Of a stretch of 64,000 bases of DNA, positions 13,390 through 27,143 are shown in pieces. A program made the translations under genes and the position numbers. The first letter of the stretch is position 1. The number at the start of each line of letters is the position of its first letter. The notes beneath the pieces were generated by a model. It ran no database searches and was not told the DNA's origin. It saw only the letters and a program-made list of their open reading frames with translations. The stretch comes from Octopus sinensis (taxonomy: Eukaryota): NCBI RefSeq assembly GCF_006345805.1, contig NW_021832374.1:186001-250000 (forward strand), given 5' to 3'.

Positions 13390-13940
13390 ATTTATGGGAC
13401 TTTTGTTCTTGCATTTTAGAGATTAATGTTCTGCTTTGTCTCAGATAGGGGATTCTTGAATTTTGAGATCCTCATCTACATTCAGGGAGAAAGAAAGGGA
13501 TTTACAATCCAATCACGAACAGAATTTCAAAATAAAAAAATGTCAACAAGATAAAATAATTTTTTGAATTCAACGGATTCCTTCAATTCAAATAAATCAA
13601 AATGATTATTATTTTTCGAAAACATTGAAATAGCATCAGATAACACAACAAATCTTGTCAAAGCCTTTCCCCGGGAAAGCCATCTGACTTCTGAATGATA
13701 CAACAAAATTGAATGTTTTGATCCAAGTTCTTGTGTCAGCTTCTGAAAAATTCTATGATTAATTACTCTTGAACGAATAATATTAATTATTTTTACTATT
13801 TGATCGAGGACATTCTTCATCTCTGATGGTAAAGTTTTTTATGCAAGAAAATATTTGTGTATTGAAGAATGGAAAGATTGGATATTTGGATTCCTTTTTA
13901 CAATAAATCCTGACCGATATCCAAGCATTGAAGGGTTAAG
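13390..13940 (-). mobile_element. hAT (Buster/ZBED-type) transposase fragment
   Basis: LLYHSEVRWLSRGKALTRF...FYLVDIF, with degenerate flanks. Boundaries approximate. Confidence 0.8.
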
Positions 13941-14189
13941 TGAAGTATTACTGTTTTAAATCTTTTCCCTAAAAGGTTTATTCGGATGATTTGAAAGGTT
14001 GTTTGAGTTCAGGGACATTTTTATAGAAATATTATTTTTGGCCCCTGAAATGATTGGAGAGAGTGTTATACTGAACAAACATACTTTATTATTAAAATGA
14101 CAAAATCAGAGAAGTCATTCAAAATTGTTACCTGTCCATTACAAATATCTAATTCTTTCTAATTTTTAATGTAGGTTGGTGATAGGAAA

Positions 14190-14700
14190 CATAATATTTT
14201 TGCGTCTTCTTTGAATAAAACGTTTCAACTAGATTTTGTAGATCTAAAAAGTTTTCATAAATAGATTTTAACATTCATTCATGTTTATAGTAGTTTGGTA
14301 GGTTTTTAAACAATTTATTCAGATTTGCATTTGTCTACTTTTTCTTAAATCTTCAAAAGAAGTATGCAACAACTTAAGATTGCTTTTCTACCTATACAGA
14401 CCTTGCAAAATTTTGCAAACGGATAATGGCTCAAATATATCTCTGAAAAATCTTTGTGAAGAGTTAAATATAGTTCAGATACATCAAAGACCAAACAATC
14501 CCAGTACACAGTGGATTGTAGAACGTTTTAACCAAACCATCACAAAAACTTTCCAAAATGATGGACACAGGTGAAAAAAATGGTTGGAAATTTTGGAAAA
14601 TGTAATTTACTGTTATTAAAAAGCTGTACACTCATTTCCAAATCAGAGCCCTTTCAAAAGATATCGAAGGATAAGCAGAATAAACATTGTTGTTGCAGCC
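14190..14700 (+). mobile_element. Degenerate DDE integrase fragment (Ginger/Gypsy-integrase-like)
   Basis: FQLDFVDL...LQTDNG...RPNNPSTQWIVERFNQTI. Resembles the integrase at 52.7-53.7 kb. Confidence 0.65.
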
Positions 14701-15131
14701 TATAAGTATCAAATGATACTCTTAGAAAATATTAGATATCATTTAGAAAACTTGACCAGAAAGTAATGTATATAACAAAATAACTACAGTAACATTACTC
14801 GAAATTGAGGATCTCTTACCTCCTTTCCGGTCTTAGCGTAATGTTATGTGGTCCACCATATCAGTTGGAACTTCCAATTGGATATGGGAACGCTCAGGAG
14901 GCACTTAATGCCTACCGAAAAAGAACTTCTAAAACTTTGACCCTGGGACATCGTCGTATCAGCCGACTTCTCTTTGTTGCACCCAGTCACATCCCGATTA
15001 CGAAATCAGAGTTTTCCTTAAAAATAATTTTATTTTTATTAATATTATATGTTTATATTCACATTATTAAAATAAAATAAATAGTATTAAATTTCGATTT
15101 AGTTGATTTCTTGTAGTGTGCTTTGTATTAA

Positions 15132-17154
15132 ATGAACTCAAACAATAAAAGTCAAAACATTAACAATCTCTCGTTGCCTACAGAAAGATACTACGCTGTA
15201 GTATCCTCAAAGAAGCCAAATAATGCCAGTAATCCTAAAATAAAATAAAAATAGACGAAAGAATATGTACCAACATCAAACAAGTCAACGAACTAATAAA
15301 AACACTAAAAAATGCTCGATTTAAAACATTTTACAATCATTCTGACGCTTTAGATTATTTAAATTCCACAGAATATCCCCAAACTGATCCCATCGTTGAT
15401 AAAGTCACGTTTTTATCACCTCACTCTCCATCTAGCTTGCCGACGACCTCGAAAGATGCCTCTTTTTTGAACCCAGTGGGCGGGAATTCAACCAACTAAA
15501 AAACGACATCGAAATTGGCGCGTTTAATAAATTCAATGAAAAAATCACAAAAAACCCGCGCTTTATTATCGATTCAAATGATTTGCCGCCAATTATCCAG
15601 GTTGTATATTTAATCGATTTGAAGTTAATTTTAGCGCGCTTTTCGGTATAATATTGCCCATTTGGCCTGCATAAAAAACCGTTTGGACGTTTTGAAGGCA
15701 CTTTTTGACACAATTGAGTCACAAACGGCTCTGAGGAGACTCTACCCTTCAGCTACTGACGAATTTATCTCAATGAGGACACAATATGTTCTGGATCGTT
15801 ATTTAAACACGCCTGAGAAGGGGGTTTGGTCTATTTTTGAGTATTTTATTAGAATTGTGAGACACCACTCCATTTAGCCTCCAAATTTGGCTATCCTGAT
15901 GTTATTTCGTTTATTTTATCACATCCCAAAACTGATAAAACTATTAAAAATAAACAGCAAATGACTGCCTATGAAGTTTGCTTTATATTTGTAGTTTTTA
16001 GGTAATTTGTACACGATCTAACAACAAGAGTCAACTTGAAGAGATTCAGGCTTTATTTAATGGTTTTTAAATATTATTAAATATTAATTAATAATTAATA
16101 TTTAATTAATTAGCGGAATGTTATGTGGCATTTGTAAAGGGGGAAGACAAACTACTCTCTCCTGTAGTATTGTCCCCTCAAAGGATGAACACTGGATTAA
16201 GCCCCACAATAAAAATCAGAGGCCTAGCCGGTCCAACCTCGTCAGATACAGCCAAATCCCTCACAAAAACATGGCGGGAAAATATAAGAACACCTCCAAT
16301 GAATCGATTAAAAGACATTGACAGATCATGGAACCAAACAGGCCGGTTTTGAACTATAAATTAATTATAGAGCCATATCGAAACAAATGAAAGTGAATTG
16401 GATGGAGTATTGGCACTTTCTGGACTGTTATGAGGATTTGCAGACATCGGGGGGTCTCCGTCTTATGGAAGAGTTCCTCACTAGGAAATATCTGTCGAAT
16501 ATGATTCCCTATTTGTGTGCCACAGAGGAGGATGTGTGTAGTGAGGATTCCTTTGTGTCGTGTTGCAGTGAGTTCCCCCCACAGCCTGCCATATCCGGAG
16601 ATTACCCCCAGTTGATGCCTTGGGGAAACAACGTCGAAAAACGCATAAAATTTCAGTGTTGTGGAGATTTTATTTCTGCTGGATTTCACATTTATTTGCC
16701 CCTGTCATTCCGCCGAGTGGAGAATATGACTGAATTTAGAGTGCAATTCATGTCCAATAGTGTCGTCTTTACTAACATTCAGCTGATTGATGAACTAACG
16801 AATATGTTGATGAGTTGGCGGAATTGTCTTGATAAGGCAAATGGAGTTGTTTATCGATGTAATGGAATTCTTTCTACTTTATTTGAACTGAGTTTTGTTG
16901 GGGAAATTGTGTTTTTGAATGGTGGGGAAGACATTTGTGTTCATTTTCCTGGTTTTAATGGGTTTTTTAAGCATCGGTTAATACTTTTGATTGATTGTGA
17001 GGGAGGGGTTGGGGGGTGTTATATTGGGGGGAGTACAACATCGGGAGAAGATTTTGAGGCATTTGAGGTTCTTTCTGAGGTTGTGGTTGATTGTGATGTG
17101 TATCCATTTGTCTCTAAATGGCATGCTTTGATGAATCAAAATTTGGAAATTTAG
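15132..17154 (+). CDS. ANKLE2: Ankyrin repeat and LEM domain protein 2 (ANKLE2/LEM4) homolog, multi-exon
   Basis: N-terminal RYYAV...NARFKTF (caulimovirus-VI-like) segment, then NPRFIIDSNDLPPIIQ, ankyrin repeats (YLNTPEKG, ETPLHLASKFG), and GRF...WMEYWHFLDCYEDLQTSGGLRLMEEFL. Confidence 0.8.
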
Positions 17155-17264
17155 TTTATTTAATTCTTTTTTTTATTTTTGTTGAAATCATTGTTTTGAA
17201 ATATTTAATTAAAATTATTTTATATAACACGTCTTGTTGTGTTTTGTTATAAAATAGAATAAAA

Positions 17265-19761
17265 ATGGGAGAAGATAAACATTCTAAGGAATCCAAATCA
17301 GAAAAAACAAAAGTTTATATTTTAATAAAACTATAATAAAGGAAAAATCAAAAATCGAATCAAAGTCTTCCAAAAGGAAAGAAAAAAAATCTCCACCAGC
17401 AAAACAGTAAAAATTGTCAAATTATTTAAGCCGACATTCATCCTCGAAGAAACATCGCAGTAAATCACCGAAAAGGCACCGCAGAGATTCCAAATCGTAC
17501 TGTAAACTGAACTGACAATTCTGTAGAGACGGGAAGAAGAAAGGCAGCGAGAAAGAACACACAAAACGGTAAAAACTAATAAAATTATATTATTTTAGAA
17601 CTCATAAAAAGAGTTCTCACAAAACAGAGTCACATTCCAAAACCCACGGACATTCAAGTCGGTCGAAGGCTGAAAGTTCGTCGAAAAAAAATGATTCGAA
17701 TAAAGCAAAGTCGGGAGAAAAGAAAATCCCCGAGGAAACTAAAAAAACGCAATTTAAAGATAAAAATGAACAATCTTTGTTGGAATCTTCAACAGTCCAC
17801 AGAAGACATGCAGCCTCCCCAATTTCAGCAGCTGTGAAGGGAAAACAAGAAACGTCTCCAAAAACAGTCGAAATTAGTCAAGTAAAATCTCAAGTCCCCA
17901 AAAAAGTGGAATCGTCTAAAAAATCGAAGAATGAATCGAGCCATTCTCATCGATCGAAAGAAAAATCTTCAAAACTCAAAACCAATTCAGTTTCTACAAA
18001 AAACCTGACTATAAGTGTCAAAAAAACCGAAACTCCTAAAAAACCAGTTTTGTGTTCTCAAAAAAGGAACTCAAGGTGGGACACGACCCACAAAACAGAG
18101 AACCTCCCCAAAATAAAAGTCGAGTCGACGAATCCCAATTCCTTGGCGAATTTGGTACTCCAAAGTAAGCTAGTTGAGGCTCCAAAAGAAGAATCCAAAT
18201 TATCGAGTGTAAAAATATCCGTTCCTGCTTCGAAATTGTTTTGTGAGTCTGAGAATGCCACAACTCCTTCGGTGATGGTTATTTCAGAATCAAAAACATG
18301 TTTATCAGAATTGGATTCATCACAAAAAATGGATAAAAACACGAAATTTTCTGTCAATTTAAAATCCAAGGAGTCCCCAGTTGATAGCGAAACTGTCGTG
18401 ATCAACACGAATACAAGCTCCACTCACATTTTGGAACAGAAGAACAATTTAATGAAAAGTGCAACTTTGTCTGTCACCGTAAAATCGTCAGAAATGAAAG
18501 AACCAGAAAATGAGGCAGAACCACAAATATTTTATTCCCCTGGCATACCAGACATTCCAAAAGAATCTGTTCTTATTAAAATTCCCAATTTAAATGAAAA
18601 GATCACGGAACCAACTATTGCTGTGGAAAGTACAGCTAAAAACGTGACTGAAATTGAATCCTCACAGAAAATTCCCGAGAAAGTTCATATAAAGCCATTT
18701 ACAGTGGCCAATTCTGTTTCGAAAAAAGTTGAGAAAGATCTCCAATTGTCGGAGAGATCTTTGCCTGAAAGTCCCAAGACCAACGTGGAGGAAAAGAAAA
18801 AAAGCTCATCAAAGAAAAAATATAAAACTCAACTGGATAATGACAATGAGGAAGTGTATGTGACTCACAAAAGTATTTTTAGTTCGACAAAAAATGCAAA
18901 AAAACATAAATCGACGAGTCGGAGAAAGAATTCGTCAAAAAAGAGTTCTAAGAGGAGGAAAACAAAAAATGAAAGTTCGGAGACGTCGGACAGATTTTCC
19001 AGCTCCTCAGATCGATCAAGACATAGAAGAAGGCGATCTCGTCACCACAGTCGTTATTCTTCTCCCAGTTGGGATTCAAATGCCCTCGGAAGTTACTTCG
19101 ATCCCAACATAGCACGTGAATTGCTTGTACATTGCTTTATTACATATATTTAGATTGCTTCATCAAATGCAAATTACACGGAGACACTTGAAGACACAAA
19201 GGAGGTGGCAAAGTAGTCAAATTTGGTTTATATTTTAGTGATTTCTCCACTAAGAATCTTCAGGGGGGTTAAAAGTTATTAATTATATTTAGAAGACCAT
19301 AAATCTGCGAGTAAAACCCTGTCGATTATCCAGAGTTGGTTATTCTTATACATGTAGTTAACAAACATAAAATGATGATGAACGACACTTATGACAAATG
19401 GGCTGTAGTCGACCGTCGTGCTGCACTATTGGAGGTATAATTATTATATGCACTCATCACAGTCGAGTAATTCTGATACTTCTGGTTGCCATAATACAAC
19501 TGAGGTGTATATTGTGGCATATTGTAGGACTACGTGTGTGGATATATGAGTGTCCCAATGATCGACTCGCCACGTCGTTTTGAAAATTTGATCAAACAGT
19601 CTACTATTGATAAATTGAGTATTTTATTGTTTTTTGGATGTTTAGTGCTTGGAAGTGAAAAGAGGTCGTTCAATTCTCGAAATATTTCCAACTGCCAAGC
19701 AAAATGGAGGAGGCGGTTATTGTGTGACAATAGTTTGTCTTTTTGTGTTACTAGTGAATAA
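17265..19761 (+). CDS. Uncharacterised Lys/Ser/Glu-rich low-complexity protein with an RS-like stretch, multi-exon
   Basis: Long ORF 17777-19153 plus flanking small exons with plausible micro-introns. No domain recognised, and the ends are inferred. Confidence 0.6.
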
Positions 19762-19858
19762 ATTGGTTTTTTGACAATTTATTTTAATATTTTAAAATTT
19801 ATTAATTAAATATATTTTTAACGTGCTAAAGTTTTCTAAGTGTGTTTATAATATAATT

Positions 19859-21509
19859 ATGGTTGATAAAAACACAGAACAAATCGGCTTGCAGGAATTT
19901 AAAAAAATAAAAGAATTCAATAAAAATACGAATAATAAAACCCGCGTGAATGTATACATAAAACATAATATTTATAAGACATGTGATTCACTTCCAGATT
20001 GGTTTAAATCTCCAATAAACATAACTGGTACAACTAAAGGAATAAAAGTCTCATCCTTCACAATTCTCGACATTTCATTAAGACGAAAACTACAAACAAA
20101 TGGAATCAGACGCTTATTTCCAGGTTCATTTATATACTCCATTGCAGTCCAGGAACACGTCCTTCCACATCTCCTAGCCCCCCACAACCCCTATTACTAT
20201 CTACCCCAGCCTGTGATAACCGACATGTGTGTGTCCTCCCCTACTGGAAGTGGCAAGACATTAGTATTTATACTGCCAATCATCCAGGTCTGTATTTTAT
20301 TATTTTTAGCATTTTAGGCGTTGAAAAATCGACGTTGTATTCAATTGCGTGCTCTAATTGTGGCCCCAGTGACCGATCTGGCTGTCCAAATTTATAATGT
20401 ATTAAAAGAATATTCATCCGACACTGATCTATCAGTTTATATTGTCATTTTATATTACTAGGTTGTTCTCCTGGGCAGTGGATCTGTCTCATTTCTCAAG
20501 GAACAGCGGAAATTGGTCGATTCAGAGCCACTGGTGGACATTGTGGTCTCCACGCCTGGAAGGCTGGTTGACCACCTTAACAACACTGATGGATTCAATT
20601 TAAATAATTTACGTTTTTTGGTAATTATTGAATATTTAAAATATTTATTAAATATATTTTAATTTTAAGGTGATTGATGAAGCTGATAGAATGTTGAGAG
20701 ACGACAAACAAAGGTGGATAAAATCAGTCACTAAATTGGAAAATTGTCAAAAATTGCTGTTTTCTGCCACATTGACACACGAGCCTGATTTAATGCTGGA
20801 AATTGGTTTAAAAAACCCCAAATTGTTCTCCTCTGCCGATGAGAGGCGGATATTTGTTAAGCCATCTCTTCTAAAGGAGTATTATATTGTGGTTGATGAG
20901 AATATTCGTCCACTTGCTGTTGTCCATATGCTTGTTAATCTGAAATATAGAAGAATGTTGTGTTTTGTTAATTCGATTCTGGCTGTTAATAGGTTGTTTA
21001 AATGTTTTTTATTTATAAGGTTGTGTCTTGTGTTGAAAGAATATGGTATATTTGACGTGGCTGTCATCACGTCCCACCAACCACCTGCGAAGAGAAAATC
21101 TATTTTAAAACAATTTAATTTAGATAAAATACAAATGTTGAATATTATTATAAAAATTATTTTAGATTAATATGTTCTGATATGGTCACAAGGGGGATTG
21201 ACATTGGTTGTGTTGACTATGTGGTTTCTTATGACCACCCTAAGCACATGAAGACGTATATTCACCGTGTTGGTCGGACTGCCAGGGCTGGGTTGACTGG
21301 GACGAGTATTATATTAGTCAATAGAATTCAGGTTTTTCAATTAATTCAATTTTTAGTTGAGGAGGTTCAAACGGCAGGCTAATTTAAGTGATAAAAATTC
21401 TGGAAAAAATATTATCGAATTTAAAATTCCTGATTGTGATATGAATGATTTGAAGAAAGACTTTCAAGGTGTTCTTCAGACTATTTCAAATAAATTATCA
21501 GTCCGGTAA
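19859..21509 (+). CDS. DDX51: DEAD-box RNA helicase DDX51/Dbp6, multi-exon
   Basis: Motifs [54 protein letters not shown]. Confidence 0.88.
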
Positions 21510-22034
21510 ATAAATTTTTTACTTATTTTTTGACCTGTTTTTTGATATGAAAAAATGTGTGATTTTTTGATTTTAGAAGAATAAGAGTTTTAGTCAACAT
21601 AACCAAATATTTTAGCTAATTTAGACATTTTGTGTATAGAAAAGAACCATTTATTTATTAATTTGCAACATAAAATATATTCAGTAGAATGAACTGTGAA
21701 TTATCATGAAATAACAATCTTTCTGAGTTTTTTAATTACAATTTAAAAATCTTTTTAGAAAGGATATTCTTGAATAAAATAAATCTAAGCAATGATCCTT
21801 TTAAACAGCCATTCATTGGAAACATCGCAGAATTGTACAAAGAAAGGATGTACACTTAACCACAAAAAAATATCTATCTTGTAAAAGGTAGATTTTATTA
21901 TTTTATTATTCACTTTGGATAACCATTGCAAAGTAGATTTTTCTTAATTAATGGACTGTTTAAAAATATTTAAATTAAAAATTACATAATATTGTTTTTT
22001 GTTACATTAATATTTAGACTCGACAAATATAAAA

Positions 22035-25000
22035 ATGGGTGACCAAGTAAAGTTCATTTTCAGTTACGACGTAAAGGAACCTTTCAGCATAAAAATGTTC
22101 ATTTAAACCACTTTTACTAATCCAAGAGGATCCCTTGAGGGTGACCTGAGCAGATATTACTCCAAGCTAAACATTGATGGAGAATTCAATCCTCAGAAAC
22201 TCGAAATCGTCGAATCCACGCTCTTTTTAACCACACAGCTATTTTCCCGTGGACGGAGAATATGTCCGGCAAAAAAATCTTCATACAAACCCAACCAAAG
22301 TTCTTTTTCTTGGAACGAATGGATAAACTTTCCTTTAAAAATCAGCGATCTTCCTCCAGACACAGTCGTTGTTATTTTTCTTTACAAATTCGTCGATTTT
22401 AACCAATTAACTGTCGTCAGTTGGTTTTCCATGGATTTATTTGAAAACAACTGGCTTGATTGGCCAAATTAATTGTTTAGTTCTTTAAAGTCGGGAGTTT
22501 TTGATTTGCCTGGGAAAACCTCTCGCTTTGATGTTGCCGACATTTCAAAGATCAAAGACAAGAGTTCTGAGTTTATAAAAATTTCAAAGGTGGTATTTAT
22601 TTAGAAAGTGATATAGCTTATTACCAAATTCAAAAATGATGAAATATTCAAATTGGATTGGATTGATAAAATAATTCTTCCTCAAATGGAAGCAAGGCTT
22701 AAGAATATTAAATCCAATTCAGAACACGTTCATTTGACTGTTCGGCTACCCCACGTGACCAGTGGAGATGTAGTATATCCAGTCATTTATTGTGAGCCGA
22801 ATATTTCCGTATATATCGATTCTATTTAATCAGACTAATCCTCTTCATTTATATGGGAAAAACAGCATGGGCGGCATAATATTTACAGATCCGAATTTAG
22901 ATATGGTTGTGGCTATTAGTTATGTACAGGACAGTCCAATAGACCAAATGCATATGAAAGTCGCCATGTCAATGAGATCTGAGCAATCTAACAGAGCTCA
23001 TCAACCTACTCCTCAAATAAGAAGACATCTTAAAGTAAGATTTTATTTTTTTAGTTCATTTAGGAAATTATTGCATCTTTTCCTTTAACACCAATATCCA
23101 CCAAGAACATTGAAATGATCATCAAATACAGACACTCTCTTAGAACTAATCCAAATGTTTATATTCACATTTAATCTATTATTTAGGCTCTTATAAAAGT
23201 TCTTCGTTGGTCTCACAACTTGGAAGACAGCATAGTTCTACAATTACTTCGTTGTTGGTCTCCTCTTTCCCCTTTGGACTCCTTGTCACTTTTTAAATTT
23301 GAAAACCCAATTTTACGACGTTATGCTGTCTGGAGATTCAAAAGTATTTCCAATCGTGAACTCATCTTCTACCTTCTTCCATTGGTCCAATCCTTCCGTA
23401 AAGAATTGGAATGTGAGATCACTATTGAGGATCTCTCTGAACATGATTCTTTGCCTTGGCTAGTTGATGAGAACACTTCTTTCACAAAGGCAGATGAAGA
23501 GGAGGTCATTTTTACAGATAAAATGGCCAATGAAGGGGTACTTTAATATTTATAAAATAGCCCAATCTTTTGCAATTTTTGTTCCACAGAGCTTCACGGG
23601 ATGTAAATATTGCCAGTTATTTATATTGGTGATTATATTTTAATATATTTTAGGTACTTAAAACAGGAAATTCCGTCTAGTCGATACACACATTTGACTG
23701 AACTGCTCGAATTGGCTTTGTCTACAGTTTTTGTAGTAATCGACAATTTAGAACCCCGGATTTAATTGCTTAATGCCAATGTTGAAACTACAGTCCAGTT
23801 TCTGTCGAGACTTGGCCAGGATGATTAGTAGAATATACGAAACTGAGTCTAATCGTGAAGAAAGGGTTTATGGTTTGTTTTATCAACAGACTAAACTACT
23901 TTCTCAACAAATAGAGAATATTCTGTACGAATCCGACCTTCCACTACCGTTAGACCCCTCAGTGTGCTTTCATAAATTTATTCCAAATGAAATCAGACTT
24001 TTTAAAGTATATTTTTGAAAAAGTTATTTTAGAGTAAATTAATGCCTTGTTTGACGACCATTGCCACTTCAACTGGCGAAAAATATAAATTTATTACCAA
24101 AGTTGGCGAGGATGTTCGACAGGATCAATTTATTATTCACATCATAAGTCTTATGGATAATGTATTTTTTATCTAATTTAAAAAACGATTTTTGGATGAA
24201 TTGTAGATTTTGCGTGAGGGGAATCTCGATTTGGGAATAACTCCTTACAAAGTAATTGCTATTAACAGAAGATATGGTATTTAAATTATTATTATTTTAA
24301 GGATTCATTGAATTTATTAAGTCATCTACTGTGGGATATGTGCTTGGTGAGTATCAATCAATCAGCAATTTTTTTTCTAAATGTCTCAAAATGTCAACAA
24401 AATTAACAGAGCAGAAAATAATGGACAATTACATCAAAAGTTGCGGTTGTACTTTTTAATTATAATTTAGCTGGTTATTGTATCATCACTTATATCCTTG
24501 GAGTGGGGGACAGACATTTGGATAATCTCATGTTGACTGAAGAAGGTAAAATATGTGTTATCAACGGTAGGACGTCTATTCCATATAGACTTTGGTTATA
24601 TTTTTGGAAATGACCCAAAACCGATGCCTCCTCCAATGAAGTTGACTAAAGAAATGGTGGAGGCAATGGGAGGGGTTTCCAGTGAACATTACCGGCAGTT
24701 TCTCCATTACTGTTATGGGGCCTTTATTTGTCTTCGAAGGTATTTTTTGATTTAGTGTCGAAGAAGTGCACAACTCATTATGGATGCTATTGAGTTGTTT
24801 GCGGACTCAGAAATAACTTCAATTCCTAGTGCTTTGAAATTGGTTTTTTGATGGGTTTTTGATTTTAAGGTTCAAGAGAATATGTGTTTGCATAAGGATA
24901 GCGATGAGGCAGCTGAGCATTTAAGACAATTAGTACAACAGAGTGTGAGTGCTATATTCCCTGTGATGTCGGATATGATTCACCGAATGGCAATTGTATT

Positions 25001-25039
25001 ATTTTGTCGATTTAATGTGTTTAGAATATGATGAAATGA
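22035..25039 (+). CDS. PIK3C3: Class III PI3-kinase Vps34, multi-exon
   Basis: C2 region ([14 protein letters not shown]), DWIDK, helical domain (LRRYAV...YLLPLVQ), kinase motifs [52 protein letters not shown]. Confidence 0.95.
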
Positions 25040-25199
25040 ACTATCTTTATTGTACTCAATGATTTGATTTTTTGTTTATTTTTGAGTTATTTAATAGTAA
25101 AAAGAAATAGAAAAAATTAGCTACTTCTTAGCAGTAATTCCAAGATACACCTTTTCTAGTGTAGAAAATAAAAAGATTAAGATATGCTTCTTTTCTGGG

Positions 25200-26900
25200 A
25201 TTTTTTTCTTTCTATGTTTTTGAAGCCAGTGGTGTTATTAGCAAGCTTGCAAGTGCGGTTTTTCGAAGATTGCACTACGGATCACAAACCAATACTTATG
25301 AATATCGCGAGACCTGCTGGTTATGAAAAATTTTCTTTTCTTAACATCTGCGACAATTAAAGTCATGCATTTGGCTGTCGACTTTATCTCCTAATTAATA
25401 TTAACTAAATGACAAAATTAAAAAAAGAAGCTCGATGAAGAGAATACTAAATTTTCCGACTGGAGCCAGAGTCCAGATTCTATGGACAAAGATTCGTTAT
25501 TCATCAACGCTATGACAATACGATTGATAGATGCTGAGCGTCAGTGACAGGATCTCACTCATTTAACTGAAGTTAAGAAAGTGCTATGCCTAGTTTAAAC
25601 ATCCCGAAAGACCCATGACAATATGGGTAGGACAGAAGAAAGACAATTAGTAAAAAGTGATTATTCAGATTTAGCACACTATGTAAGCTTAAATTCAATT
25701 GCATGAACTTGCGGTGTTACTGAGGTACTCTCCTGCCAAGGGCTCATAAATCGATCATCTAGGAAGAAACCAGAGAATGAAAAAAATACAAAATAAATAT
25801 AAATCTGAAAGATTGGCTGTAGAAAGTCTGACCACCGCTTTTACCGCTAAAGTGGATGTTCATGTTCAAAACTTGACCCGAGAGACCCACCAAACTACCA
25901 GGTCGCAGCAAAAAGTGTGTCTAAAGAAGATCACATTGATAAACAGAAAGCTCTATTAAAAGAAAAAAAGAACTCTATTACCATAAAATAAGGAAAAGAC
26001 TACCTCGGCGCAGTGAAAAGACCTTAAATAGTACGCTGATAATGTAGAGATGCTAAATTCGGATAAAAAATATTCAGAACAATTCGGTTACTAAACAGAG
26101 TTGACAATCCTAAGGACTGTTTATGAATAATAAGAATAGAAGATAAATCCTCGTCAAAAAAGAACAGTAAAGAATATCGCTCCTCACTTTGAATCACTTT
26201 TCAGAAGTGACGACAAACACATTTGTCTATCCTTGACTAAGCCAAATAGCTCTGCAAAACCTAAACCAAAACATGCCCTAGAATTGATAGTATAAACGGT
26301 ACACTCACAAAACATTCACCAACGTCACTGATGTATGAACTACCCAACATTTTAAATGATGTATTTGCGAAATACATGTCTGTATCGCAAGAACAGGAAA
26401 TTCTAATACAAAACCAAGAAATCTAATGAAAAATCTTAGAACAATCTTTCTAACGACTCCACCAACTGTCCCTGATTGTCATGGATAGGATTTCTCCTAT
26501 AGTAGATAAATACTCTCTCCGAGTCAAAGTAGATTGAAGTAAAAGGTCTACTGTTTGTACGGACACATGATAAATATGTACAAAAGGCTGTTGACATAGT
26601 AGGATTTGATCTTTTTTGAACGTTCAATACTGTACACGGAAGAAAGCTAATGGCTTTACTTGGAACCATGCTAAACGAGAATTGTCTTAGAATGATACGT
26701 GTCTTACTTGCAAAGACTGAAATATATAAGTCTGGGGTGATTCAGGCAATCCTGTAAATTTAAAACACACCTGGAGGCGTCGTGAAACAAACAGACACAA
26801 CATGATAATAAGCAAGATTCAGAAGCAGGACGTTCAATGGCTGTCAGGTTGATTACAAGACCTAAATATTTCAATATAAAACAAGTAAGGAAGCTTAATA
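25200..26900 (+). mobile_element. Highly degenerate non-LTR retrotransposon remnants
   Basis: Intron-free, stop-riddled, A-rich coding-like tract with weak RT-like fragments. Family uncertain and boundaries approximate. Confidence 0.35.
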
Positions 26901-27143
26901 ATTACTAAAAGTAATTGAAGCTATTTTAAATATCTATAATCCTAAATATGTATGCTCCAATAAATTTAATACAAATATTTATTAATAAGAAGAGTCAGAT
27001 ATAAATATCTTAAATATTGGCTTGGGGGTCAATGTAGTTTTTTTTCTTGTCTTTGAAGCCACAATTGTTGTCTTATATTTTTTTCAATCGAATTATTTGA
27101 CTGCTCCTCGACTGAATTCCTATGAAGACTAGCATACTTACTG

